A stretch of DNA of 64,000 nt, taken from NCBI GenBank assembly GCA_041690395.1, contig JAWLHJ010000003.1, positions 64,001-128,000 on the forward strand. Reading direction: 5' to 3'. Below are positions 34,650 to 44,232 of this stretch, piece by piece. Position 1 is the stretch's first letter. Each line of letters begins with the position of its first letter. The position numbers and the translations under genes are program-made. Source of the stretch: Longimicrobiales bacterium. Its GTDB lineage: Bacteria > Gemmatimonadota > Gemmatimonadetes > Longimicrobiales > Gaopeijiaceae. The notes beneath the pieces are model-generated. The model saw nothing but the letters and a program-made list of their open reading frames with translations. It was not told the DNA's origin and ran no database searches.

Positions 34650-36253
34650 TGTCCGACATGGTGAAGCTCACGATCGATGGCCACGAGGTCGAAGTCCCCA
34701 AGGGGACGACGATCCTGGAGGCCGCCAAGCGGGTCGGGACCGAGGTTCCGCACTACTGCTACCACCCGGGGATGTCGTCGCCGGCCATGTGTCGGCTGTG
34801 CCTGGTGGAAGTCGAAGGCGCGCCCAAGCCGATGCCGTCCTGCGTGACGACGGTGGCCGAGGGGCAGGTCGTCAACACGCAGTCCGACAACGCGTTGGGC
34901 CATCGCCGGGGGGTTCTCGAGTTCTACCTCGTGAACCATCCGCTCGACTGCCCCATCTGCGACATGTCGGGCGAATGCCACCTCCAGGACTACGTCCACG
35001 AGGAAGGGCGCGACCACGGTCGCGGCAGGGAGCCCAAGCGGATCTTCGGGCGCGACGACTTCGGGGGCGACGTCCTCTTCTACGGCGATCGCTGCGTGAT
35101 GTGCACGCGGTGCGTGCGCTTCATGAACGAAGTCGAGCAGGACGCGCGCCTCACGGTCGTCGAGCGTGGCAGCAAGTCCGTGATCGACACGTTCTTCGAG
35201 GAGGGTCTCGAGGGCACGTACTGGCACGGCAACATCGTCGACGTCTGCCCGGTGGGCGCGCTCGTTTCGAAGGACTTCCTGCACAAGGCGCGCGCCTGGG
35301 ACCTCGAGCACACGCCGAGCATCTGCCCGGGCTGCTCGCAGGGGTGCAACATCGAGCTCCACACCCGTGACAACCTCGTGCAGCGCCTCAAGCCCCGCGA
35401 GAATCTCGACGTCAACGGCTGGTGGATGTGCGACTACGGCCGCATGGACTACGAGTGGATGAACACCGGGGGCCGCATCGAGGCGCCGCTCGTACGCCGG
35501 AACGACGCGACCACCGCGGTCGCGTGGAAGGACGCGCTCTCCGAGCTGCTCGACCGGGCCCGGAGCGCCAGCACCGGCAATGTGAAGGCCGTGGCGTCGC
35601 CGCTCGCCTCGAACGAGGATCTCGCGGCGCTGAAGGCGCTGGTCGACGCGCTCGGTGGTGGGGAGATCGTGTTCCGCGGACGGCGCGCCGAGGACGAGGT
35701 CGTGCTGAAGGGGTTCCCGTCGCTCGCTCGGCGCCGTGACCTGACGCCGAACTCGAAGGGCGCCCGGCTGATCGGCGCGGAGCGCGTCGGGTCGGACGAC
35801 GGGGCGGGGGGGCTGGACGCCGTCGCGTCGCACGACGGCGTCGTGATCGTGCTCGGCGACGCGCTGCTCGATCAGGACGAGGGCTTCGCGGCGAACGCCT
35901 CGCTGTTCATCTACGCGGGGCAGACGGCCGCCCCGGCCTCCTCGGGAGCCCATTTCGTGCTCCCGACGACCACCTTCGCCGAGCAGGAGGGCACGTTCAC
36001 GAACATCGACGGGCGGGTCCAGCGCTTCTGGGCGGGGCTGCAGCCGCCGGGCATGGCGCGGCCGGCCTGGCTCGTGCTCGGAGCCCTGGCGGCGGAGCTC
36101 GGCGACGCGTCCGGAGCGGTACGAACCGCCGCGGACGCCTTCCAGGCCTACGTGGCCCGTGTATCGGCCTTCGAAGGCCTCACCTACGAAGACATCGGCA
36201 CCCGCGGCGCGGTCGTCAACGAGACCGTGTCGCTCACCGGAGACCGCGCTTAG
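34649..36253 (+). CDS. nuoG: NADH-quinone oxidoreductase subunit G (short form)
   Basis: YCYHP..CRLC..SC, HPLDCPICD..GEC, CVMCTRC, VDVCPVGAL, CPGCSQGC..WMCD. Confidence 0.95.
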   Translation: MSDMVKLTIDGHEVEVPKGTTILEAAKRVGTEVPHYCYHPGMSSPAMCRLCLVEVEGAPKPMPSCVTTVAEGQVVNTQSDNALGHRRGVLEFYLVNHPLDCPICDMSGECHLQDYVHEEGRDHGRGREPKRIFGRDDFGGDVLFYGDRCVMCTRCVRFMNEVEQDARLTVVERGSKSVIDTFFEEGLEGTYWHGNIVDVCPVGALVSKDFLHKARAWDLEHTPSICPGCSQGCNIELHTRDNLVQRLKPRENLDVNGWWMCDYGRMDYEWMNTGGRIEAPLVRRNDATTAVAWKDALSELLDRARSASTGNVKAVASPLASNEDLAALKALVDALGGGEIVFRGRRAEDEVVLKGFPSLARRRDLTPNSKGARLIGAERVGSDDGAGGLDAVASHDGVVIVLGDALLDQDEGFAANASLFIYAGQTAAPASSGAHFVLPTTTFAEQEGTFTNIDGRVQRFWAGLQPPGMARPAWLVLGALAAELGDASGAVRTAADAFQAYVARVSAFEGLTYEDIGTRGAVVNETVSLTGDRA

Positions 36254-37546
36254 ATGGAGTCCTTGCAACCCATTTCCGGCATCTGGGCGCTCGTCGCCAT
36301 GTCGCTGAAGGTCACGCTGATCTTCACGATGGTGATGATCGTGGTCGCGTACGCGACCCTGGCCGAGCGTCGCGTGTCGGCGTTCATCCAGGACCGGCGC
36401 GGGCCCAACCGGGTCGGCCCGTTCGGCCTTCTACAGCCCATCGCCGACGGCATCAAGAACATCCTGAAGGAGGAGACCCTCCCGGCCACGGCGTCGCGGC
36501 TCTTCTTCATCCTGGCACCCATCATGGTGCTGGTGCCGTCGCTGGTGACGTTCGCGGTGATTCCGATCGCCGCCCCGCTGCCCACCCCGGCCGGTGTGGT
36601 CGACATGATCATCGCCGACCTGCCCATCGGGATCCTGTACGTACTCGCGTTCAGCTCGCTCGCGGTGTACGGCGTGGTGCTCGGCGGGTGGGCCTCGAAC
36701 AACAAGTACGCCTTCCTCGGCGGGCTGCGGGCCTCCGCGCAGATGGTGAGCTACGAGGTCGCGCTGGGGCTGTCGCTCATCACGGTGCTCATGGTGGTGG
36801 GCAACGTGACGCTCCCCGAGGTCATCGCGCAGCAGCAACAGCTCGGGATCTGGTTCGCGTTCCCGCTTTCGCTCGCGTTCATCCTGTTCGTGATCTCGGC
36901 GTTCGCGGAGACGAACCGGCTCCCGTTCGACATGCCGGAGGCCGAGTCCGAGCTGGTGACCGGGTACCACACCGAGTACTCCGCCATGAAGTTCAGCGCC
37001 TTCATGATCTCGGAGTTCGGGCACATGGTGACCGCATCCGCGCTCATGGCCACGCTCTTCCTCGGCGGATGGGATATCCCGATCTGGCAGGGCGACAACG
37101 CCTTCTGGCACCAGGGCCAGCTGATCTCGGGCTTCGCCGCCGACGGCAGCGTCATCCTGGCGAACCCGACCTGGTGGAAGACGCTGCTCACCTTCGCGGC
37201 GTTCGCGGCCAAGACCGGCTTCTTCCTGCTGCTCTACATCTGGATCCGCTGGACGCTGCCGCGGTTCCGCTACGACCAGGTCATGGCGCTCGGCTGGAAG
37301 GTCATGCTTCCGACCGCCCTCGCGTACGTGATGCTCATCGGGGGCACGATCCTGTTCCTCGACGAGATCGGCATGGCGTGGGGCTTCGGCTACGGTCTGG
37401 CCCTCACGGCGGTGAGCGGAGCGGCGACCTTCGGGTTCGTCTTCTTCCTGGACCGCGGCCGGACCATCACCGGGGCGGCGGCCCACAGCAGCCAGCGTGT
37501 CGAAGTGAAGACCAGCCTTCCTCAGCCTACCCCGGTGGGAGAGTAG
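36254..37546 (+). CDS. nuoH: NADH-quinone oxidoreductase subunit H
   Basis: RRGPNRVG, QPIADGIK, SYE, AETNRLPFD..EAESELV.GY.TEYS, PRFRYDQ. Confidence 0.97.
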   Translation: MESLQPISGIWALVAMSLKVTLIFTMVMIVVAYATLAERRVSAFIQDRRGPNRVGPFGLLQPIADGIKNILKEETLPATASRLFFILAPIMVLVPSLVTFAVIPIAAPLPTPAGVVDMIIADLPIGILYVLAFSSLAVYGVVLGGWASNNKYAFLGGLRASAQMVSYEVALGLSLITVLMVVGNVTLPEVIAQQQQLGIWFAFPLSLAFILFVISAFAETNRLPFDMPEAESELVTGYHTEYSAMKFSAFMISEFGHMVTASALMATLFLGGWDIPIWQGDNAFWHQGQLISGFAADGSVILANPTWWKTLLTFAAFAAKTGFFLLLYIWIRWTLPRFRYDQVMALGWKVMLPTALAYVMLIGGTILFLDEIGMAWGFGYGLALTAVSGAATFGFVFFLDRGRTITGAAAHSSQRVEVKTSLPQPTPVGE

Positions 37547-37550
37547 TTCG

Positions 37551-38051
37551 ATGCCGATCTCTGTAAGAGTCATGGAGCGCCCGGAGCCGGAGACCACCTC
37601 CTATCTCCGTGCTGCGCTCAGCGGTATGGCGCTCACGTTCAAGCACATGGTGAACCCGAACAAGGTCACGCAGCAGTATCCCGAGGAGCAGACCGATCTC
37701 AGCCCTCGGTGGCGCGGGACGCACCGCATGGAGGTGCATGCCGACGGCCGGCCGAAGTGCGTCGCCTGCGGCCTGTGCCCGACGGTCTGCCCGGCGAACT
37801 GCATCCGCCTGGTGGGCGGCGAGGACGACCAGGGGAACCGCTATCCGATCGTGTACGAGATCGACGAGTTCCGGTGCATCTTCTGCGGCATGTGCCAGGA
37901 AGTCTGCCCGGTCGAGGCGATCCACGTCGGGCAGCACTTCGAGAACGCGGAGTACACCCGCGACCGCTTCGTCTACGACCTGGACCGGCTCATGGAGCAG
38001 GAGCACCCGGTGACGCTCCTCTGGGACCCCGCCGATCCGAGATCCGAGTGA
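37551..38051 (+). CDS. nuoI: NADH-quinone oxidoreductase subunit I
   Basis: QYPEE; CVACGLCPTVCP; CIFCGMCQEVCP. Confidence 0.97.
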   Translation: MPISVRVMERPEPETTSYLRAALSGMALTFKHMVNPNKVTQQYPEEQTDLSPRWRGTHRMEVHADGRPKCVACGLCPTVCPANCIRLVGGEDDQGNRYPIVYEIDEFRCIFCGMCQEVCPVEAIHVGQHFENAEYTRDRFVYDLDRLMEQEHPVTLLWDPADPRSE

Positions 38052-38052
38052 C

Positions 38053-38571
38053 ATGATCGACATCCTGTTCTACGTGTTCTCCGCCGTGGCGATCGGTGGA
38101 GCGCTCGGCGTGGTGCTCGCCAAGAGCCCCGTGGGGAGCCTGCTCTTCATGGTGACGACGCTGGGCAGCCTGGCCGGCACGTTCGTTTTGCTCGAGGCGC
38201 ATTTCCTGGCGGCGATCCAGATCATCGTGTACGCCGGCGCCATCATGGTGCTCTTCCTGTTCGTCATCATGCTCCTGAACCTCGGGCACGATTACCAGAA
38301 GGACATCAAGGGCGGCGTGTTCGCCATCCTCTCCTTCGTGATGATCGGCCTCATGGCGGGCTTGCTCGCCAGGCAGGTCGGCGGCGGGGGCGGATTCGCC
38401 GAAGGTCCCGGAGGCGTGGCCATCGACGCGGCGATCCGGGAGCACGGAGTGGTCGGGGCCATCGCGCAGCCGCTCTACACGACCTACGTCGTCCCGTTCG
38501 AGATCACGGGCATCCTGCTTCTGGTGGCGATCGTGGGCGCGATCGTCCTGGCGAAGAGAAGGGTCAACTAG
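38053..38571 (+). CDS. nuoJ: NADH-quinone oxidoreductase subunit J
   Basis: QIIVYAGAIMVLFLFVIMLL; PFEITGILLLVA.VGA. Confidence 0.96.
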   Translation: MIDILFYVFSAVAIGGALGVVLAKSPVGSLLFMVTTLGSLAGTFVLLEAHFLAAIQIIVYAGAIMVLFLFVIMLLNLGHDYQKDIKGGVFAILSFVMIGLMAGLLARQVGGGGGFAEGPGGVAIDAAIREHGVVGAIAQPLYTTYVVPFEITGILLLVAIVGAIVLAKRRVN

Positions 38572-38865
38572 ATGATCACCGAGGCACTCGTCCTGAGCGC
38601 GATCCTCTTCGTGCTCGGCACCTTCGGCGTCCTGGTCCGCCGTAACGCCATCATCATGTTCCTCTGCATCGAGCTTCAGCTCAACGCGGTGAACCTGGCT
38701 TTCGTGGCGTTTTCGCGGATGGTCGGGATCGAGGGGCAGATCTTCGTCTTCTTCGTGATGACCGTGGCGGCCGCCGAGGCGGCGGTCGGGCTCGCGATCA
38801 TCATCTCGATCTTCCGGCACTACGAGACCGTGAACGTCAACAACTTCAACCTGCTCAAGTGGTAG
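38572..38865 (+). CDS. nuoK: NADH-quinone oxidoreductase subunit K
   Basis: [23 protein letters not shown]. Confidence 0.97.
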   Translation: MITEALVLSAILFVLGTFGVLVRRNAIIMFLCIELQLNAVNLAFVAFSRMVGIEGQIFVFFVMTVAAAEAAVGLAIIISIFRHYETVNVNNFNLLKW

Positions 38866-38869
38866 CGGC

Positions 38870-41032
38870 ATGCACGCTTCCCTAGCAGCACTCATGTTCC
38901 AGGGCGGGGGCGCGCAAGCGGCCGCCGGCAACTTCGAGCCCTTCCTCCCGGGTCTCGTCGTCCTCCTGCCGTTGATCGGATTCCTGATCAACGGGTTCCT
39001 CGCGCTGAAGCACGCCAGGGCCTCCGCGGACGCGGTACGCGCCGGTGGCGAGCTCGACCTCGACGGACCCGGCGGGCGGCCTGCCACGCACACGCTACCG
39101 ACGTGGGTCGGGCCCGGCGTCATGCTCGGGGCGTTCCTGATCACGCTCGTCAACTTCACGAGCATGCTCGGCGCGGAGCTCCACGAGCCCGTGATCGTCG
39201 AGTACTGGACCTGGATCGCGACCGGCACCTTCACGGTGAGCGCGGCGCTCCAGCTCGACCAGCTCTCGATGATCATGATGATGGTCGTCACGGGCGTGGG
39301 CTTCCTGATCCACGTGTTCAGCGTGGGCTACATGAAGGACGACCCCGGGTACCCGCGTTACTTCGCGTACCTGAACCTGTTCGTCTTCTTCATGCTCGTT
39401 CTCGTCATGGGCTCGAGCTACCCGCTGATGTTCGTCGGGTGGGAAGGCGTCGGGCTCTGCTCGTATCTGCTGATCGGATTCTGGTTCCAGGACCGCGAGA
39501 AGGCCGACGCCGGCAAGAAGGCGTTCATCGTCAACCGGATCGGTGACTTCGGCTTTCTGATCGCGCTCTTCCTGCTGTACACGACGTTCGGCACCCTCGA
39601 CTTCGTGGGCGTCTTCGGCGAAGCCGAGGCCGGGCTGGTCTACGGCGGTGGCCTGGTCACCGCGATCACGCTCTTCTTCCTGCTGGGCGCGGCGGGGAAG
39701 AGCGCCCAGATTCCGCTCTACGTGTGGCTTCCGGACGCGATGGCCGGCCCGACGCCGGTCTCCGCGCTGATCCACGCGGCCACGATGGTGACGGCCGGTG
39801 TGTACCTCGTCGCCCGCTCCTCCGTCCTGTTCGCGCTGTCGCCCGTCGGCAGCGCCACTGTGGCCGGTGTCGGCGTGCTGACGGCGCTCTTCGCAGCGAC
39901 CATCGCGCTGAAGCAGAACGACATCAAGAAGGTGCTCGCGTACTCGACGGTCTCCCAGCTCGGCTACATGTTCGTCGGCGTGGGCGTCGGCGCCTACGCC
40001 GCGGGCGTCTTCCACCTCATGACGCACGCCTTCTTCAAGGCGCTGCTCTTCCTGGGGTCCGGCGCGGTCATCCACGCGATGCACCACGCCTACCACGCGA
40101 CGCACAACCACGAAGACGCGCAGGACATGCGCAACATGGGCGGACTGAAGGCCCACATGCCCATCACGTGGATCACCATGTGGATCGCGACCCTCGCCAT
40201 CGCGGGCATCTGGCCGTTCGCCGGATTCTTCTCGAAGGACGAGATCATCTGGTACACCGCGGCGTTCGGCGGGGCGGAGAACGCTCCGTTCCCCGCGCTC
40301 TACACGGTCTACTGGATCATCGCGCTGGCCGCGGCCATGCTCACGGCCTTCTACATGACCCGGATGATGGTGCTCACCTTCCACGGGAAGAACCGGACCG
40401 GCGCCGAGGAGGAGAAGCACCTCCACGAAGTGTCACCGGTCATGTGGGTGCCGCTCGCGGTCCTCGCCGTGCTCTCGATCTTCGGTGGCTGGATCAACGT
40501 CCCGGAGCCGATCCGGATGTCGTTCCTGGGTGGCTTCGGGGCGCTCCCCATGAGCGAGTGGCTGCACCATTGGCTCGAGCCCATCACCGCGCAGGCGCAC
40601 CACGTCCAGGAGCTGCACCTGGGTGAGGTCGCCCATTCGTCCCCCTTCGGCGGCGGCGAGCTGGCCTGGGCGCTGATCTCGACCGTCGCGGCCGCGATCG
40701 TGGTCGTCGTCTCCATGCGGGTGGTCGGCGGCAAGACCGTCGTGCCCGCGAAGGACGACGTCGAGCCCACGGGCTTCGCCAAGGTCCTCTACAACAAGTG
40801 GTACGTGGACGAGTTCTACGACCGCTTCATCGTGCAGCCCATCATCCGGGCCTCCCGGTTCTGCTGGAAGGTCATCGACGCGACGATCATCGACGGCGTG
40901 GTGAACGCCGTGGGTTGGGGCTCCCGCGGCTTCGGGTGGGGAATCAGCATGTTCCAGACGGGCTCCGTGAATACCTACGCGTTCATCTTAACCGTCGGCG
41001 TCCTGGTGATCCTCGGCGTCTCGATGCTCTAG
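38870..41032 (+). CDS. nuoL: NADH-quinone oxidoreductase subunit L
   Basis: GWEGVGLCSY, NRIGD, GKSAQ.PL..WLPDAMAGPTPVSALIHAATMV, THAFFKALLF. Confidence 0.98.
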   Translation: MHASLAALMFQGGGAQAAAGNFEPFLPGLVVLLPLIGFLINGFLALKHARASADAVRAGGELDLDGPGGRPATHTLPTWVGPGVMLGAFLITLVNFTSMLGAELHEPVIVEYWTWIATGTFTVSAALQLDQLSMIMMMVVTGVGFLIHVFSVGYMKDDPGYPRYFAYLNLFVFFMLVLVMGSSYPLMFVGWEGVGLCSYLLIGFWFQDREKADAGKKAFIVNRIGDFGFLIALFLLYTTFGTLDFVGVFGEAEAGLVYGGGLVTAITLFFLLGAAGKSAQIPLYVWLPDAMAGPTPVSALIHAATMVTAGVYLVARSSVLFALSPVGSATVAGVGVLTALFAATIALKQNDIKKVLAYSTVSQLGYMFVGVGVGAYAAGVFHLMTHAFFKALLFLGSGAVIHAMHHAYHATHNHEDAQDMRNMGGLKAHMPITWITMWIATLAIAGIWPFAGFFSKDEIIWYTAAFGGAENAPFPALYTVYWIIALAAAMLTAFYMTRMMVLTFHGKNRTGAEEEKHLHEVSPVMWVPLAVLAVLSIFGGWINVPEPIRMSFLGGFGALPMSEWLHHWLEPITAQAHHVQELHLGEVAHSSPFGGGELAWALISTVAAAIVVVVSMRVVGGKTVVPAKDDVEPTGFAKVLYNKWYVDEFYDRFIVQPIIRASRFCWKVIDATIIDGVVNAVGWGSRGFGWGISMFQTGSVNTYAFILTVGVLVILGVSML

Positions 41033-41042
41033 GAGTCCGACG

Positions 41043-42680
41043 ATGACTGCTTTGCTCGAATCGATCGGTTACGCGAACTGGGCGCTCCACGCCCTCATCT
41101 GGCTCCCCGTGCTCGGTATGGGCCTCGTCCTCTGGGCCGAGGAGGAGCAGGCCAAGACCGTGGCCTTCTGGTGGTCCATGGGCGTGTTCGTGCTCAGCCT
41201 GGGCCTGTGGTGGGCGTTCGACGCCGGCTACGGCGGCATGCAGATGGAGAGCGTGACGCCGTGGATCGAGTCCTGGGGCGTGAGCTACTCGCTCGGCGTC
41301 GACGGCATCAGCCTGTTCATGGTGATGCTGACGACGTTCAGCACCTCGATCGCCATCCTCGGCTCGTTCAACTACATCAAGACCCGGCAGCGTGCCTTCT
41401 ACGCGCTCATGCTGCTGCTCGAGGCGGGGGTGATCGGCGTGTTCGTCGCGACCGACCTGCTCCTCTTCTACGTCTTCTTCGAGCTCACCCTGGTGCCGAT
41501 GTACTTCATCGTGGGCATCTGGGGCGGCGAGCGCCGCATCTACGCGGCCATCAAGTTCTTCCTGTACACGGCGTTCGGCTCGCTGCTCATGCTGGTCGGC
41601 ATCATGTACCTGTACTTCAAGGCGAAGACCTTCCTGGGCGTGCCGACGTTCGCCTGGGCCGACCTGCTGCAGATCCCGCTCACGGGGACGGAGCAGCTCT
41701 GGCTGTTCAGCGCCTTCGCGCTCGCCTTCAGCGTGAAGGTCCCTGTCTTTCCGCTGCACACGTGGCTTCCGGACGCGCACGTCGAGGCGCCCACGCCGGG
41801 CTCGGTCATCCTGGCCGCGGTGCTCCTCAAGATGGGTACCTACGGATTTCTCCGGTTCCTCCTGCCGCTCTTCCCGGTCGCCGCCCAGCACCCCACGGTC
41901 GTGACCACGATGCTCGTACTCGCGGTGATCGGAATCCTCTACACGGCCTGGGTGGCGGCCGTGCAGCCCGACGCGAAGAAGTTGGTCGCATATACGTCGG
42001 TGGCCCACATGGGCTTCGTGGTGCTCGGCATCTTCGCGCTCACTGTGAACGGCATCCAGGGCGGCCTGGTCGTCATGATCTCGCACGGCATCAGCACGGG
42101 GGCGCTGTTCCTCCTGCTCGGGATGCTGTACGAGCGGCGGCACACGCGGGTCATCGAGGACTTCGGCGGGCTGGGACGCGTGGCTCCGCTGCTGGCCACG
42201 GCCTTCGTGATCACCGCGCTGGCCTCGATCGGGCTTCCGGGCACGAGCGGCTTCGTGGGTGAGTTCCTCGCGCTCATGGGCGCGTTCGAGACCCATCCGA
42301 CCATCGCCGTCATCGCCACGCTCGGCGTGATCTTCGCGGCGTACTACATGCTGCCGATGGTCCAGAAGATCTTCTTCAACAAGCTCGACAAGCCCGAGAA
42401 CCGCGAGGTGAAGGACCTCTCGGGCCGCGAGGTCGCGGTGCTCGCGCCGCTCGTCGCCCTGATGATCGTCATCGGGTGGCATCCCACGCCGATCCTCGAC
42501 CGGATGGAGCCCAGCGTTCGTGCCGTGCTCGAGCGGGTCGAGGACGCGTCCACGGGGATGGCCGACGGGACCTCGACCCCGGTGCCCGTACTCTCCGAGG
42601 AGTCGGCGGAAGGTGCGCAGCCCGCCGCCGCACGCTCACAAGAATCCGACGCCGCCCAGGCGCTCGTCTCCGGCGAATAG
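41043..42680 (+). CDS. nuoM: NADH-quinone oxidoreductase subunit M
   Basis: FYVFFE, KFFLYT, FPLHTWLPDAHVEAP, LKMGTYG, GLPGTSGFVGE. Confidence 0.98.
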   Translation: MTALLESIGYANWALHALIWLPVLGMGLVLWAEEEQAKTVAFWWSMGVFVLSLGLWWAFDAGYGGMQMESVTPWIESWGVSYSLGVDGISLFMVMLTTFSTSIAILGSFNYIKTRQRAFYALMLLLEAGVIGVFVATDLLLFYVFFELTLVPMYFIVGIWGGERRIYAAIKFFLYTAFGSLLMLVGIMYLYFKAKTFLGVPTFAWADLLQIPLTGTEQLWLFSAFALAFSVKVPVFPLHTWLPDAHVEAPTPGSVILAAVLLKMGTYGFLRFLLPLFPVAAQHPTVVTTMLVLAVIGILYTAWVAAVQPDAKKLVAYTSVAHMGFVVLGIFALTVNGIQGGLVVMISHGISTGALFLLLGMLYERRHTRVIEDFGGLGRVAPLLATAFVITALASIGLPGTSGFVGEFLALMGAFETHPTIAVIATLGVIFAAYYMLPMVQKIFFNKLDKPENREVKDLSGREVAVLAPLVALMIVIGWHPTPILDRMEPSVRAVLERVEDASTGMADGTSTPVPVLSEESAEGAQPAAARSQESDAAQALVSGE

Positions 42681-42692
42681 CGAAGACCAACG

Positions 42693-44231
42693 ATGACGCT
42701 TGATTTCAGCAGATCGCTCCACTACTGGTGGGCCCTCCTCCCGGAGATCGTGCTCTGCATCGCCGGCATGGTGGTGCTCATCGCGGGCGTGTCCGGCAAG
42801 CATGCCGCGGCCGCACGCGGCGACGGCGGCGCGACCTCGTCGGGGCAGGGGAACGACCTCGGATGGATCGCCCTCATGGGCCTGCTGGCCACCGCGGCGG
42901 TGAACGGATGGCTGTACGGTGTCACCGAGGTCGGCAGCGCCTCCATGATCGCCGTCGACGGATTCCGACTGTTCGCCAACTGGGTGTTCCTGCTCGGCGC
43001 CGCCCTCTCGATCCTCATCTCGTTCGGCTACGTCCACCGCCAGAAGCTCCAGGTGGGCGAATTCTACGCACTGATCCTGTTCGCGACGGCCGGCATGATG
43101 TTCATGGCCGCCGCGCGCGACCTGATCGTCGTCTTCCTCGGGCTCGAGCTCATGTCGATCGCGGTGTACGCACTGACCGCGTTCAACCGGCGTGACCGGA
43201 AGTCGGCCGAGGCGGGACTCAAGTACTTCCTGCTCGGCGCGTTCGCCACGGGCTTCCTCCTCTACGGGATCGCGCTCGTCTACGGCGCCGCGGGCAGCAC
43301 CAACATCGCGGCCGTGGCCGCGGCCATCGAAGCCGGCGCCGCGTCGGAACGCCTGCTCGTCGCTGGCGTGGCGATGCTCATCATCGGCTTCGCGTTCAAG
43401 GTGTCGGCCGTCCCGTTCCACATGTGGACCCCCGACGTCTACGAGGGTGCTCCCGCGCCGGTCACGGCCTTCATGGCCGCCGCGGTGAAGGCCGCTGCGT
43501 TCGTGGCGTTCCTGAGGATCTTCGTTGTGGCCTTCGAGGGCGTCCACGACTCGTGGTCGGGCATCGTCTGGTGGCTCGCCGCCATCACGATGGTCGTCGC
43601 GAACCTGATCGCGCTCGTCCAGTCCAACGTGAAGCGGATGCTCGCCTACTCGAGCATCGCCCATGCGGGATACCTCCTGGTCGCCATCACGGCCGCCAAC
43701 CAGACGGCGGCGGCCGGGCTGCTGTTCTACCTCCTGGTCTACACCCTGATGAACATCGGCGCCTTCGCCATCGTCATCGGTGTGTCACACCATTCGGAGC
43801 AGCGTCAGCACGTCGAGGATTACGCCGGATTCGGCTGGGCGCAGCCGGTGCTGGGGGTGTTCCTGACGATCTTCCTCCTGTCGCTCGCGGGCTTCCCGGG
43901 CACGGGCGGCTTCATGGGGAAGATCTATCTGCTCCAGGGCGCGGCCGACGCCGAGCTCTGGACGCTCGCGGTGATTCTGGTGCTGACGACCATCGCGTCG
44001 TACTGGTACTACCTGCGGGTGGCGTGGTTCATGTGGATGCGCCCCGCGACCTCCGAGGCGGACCATACGGACGTGGTGACCCCGCTTCCCATGCAGCTCG
44101 CGCTGCTCACATGCGTCGCGCTCATCATGTACACCGGCCTCTTCCCGGGCGCCGCGCTCGACTTCGCTCGGGAGAGCGTGGCCGGGTTGGGTAACCTCGG
44201 TGACACGATGCTCGGCATGACGGGACGCTGA
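42693..44231 (+). CDS. nuoN: NADH-quinone oxidoreductase subunit N
   Basis: EAGLKYF, FKVSAVPFHMWTPDVYEGAP, KRMLAYSSIAHAGY, SLAGFP. Confidence 0.98.
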   Translation: MTLDFSRSLHYWWALLPEIVLCIAGMVVLIAGVSGKHAAAARGDGGATSSGQGNDLGWIALMGLLATAAVNGWLYGVTEVGSASMIAVDGFRLFANWVFLLGAALSILISFGYVHRQKLQVGEFYALILFATAGMMFMAAARDLIVVFLGLELMSIAVYALTAFNRRDRKSAEAGLKYFLLGAFATGFLLYGIALVYGAAGSTNIAAVAAAIEAGAASERLLVAGVAMLIIGFAFKVSAVPFHMWTPDVYEGAPAPVTAFMAAAVKAAAFVAFLRIFVVAFEGVHDSWSGIVWWLAAITMVVANLIALVQSNVKRMLAYSSIAHAGYLLVAITAANQTAAAGLLFYLLVYTLMNIGAFAIVIGVSHHSEQRQHVEDYAGFGWAQPVLGVFLTIFLLSLAGFPGTGGFMGKIYLLQGAADAELWTLAVILVLTTIASYWYYLRVAWFMWMRPATSEADHTDVVTPLPMQLALLTCVALIMYTGLFPGAALDFARESVAGLGNLGDTMLGMTGR

Positions 44232-44232
44232 C

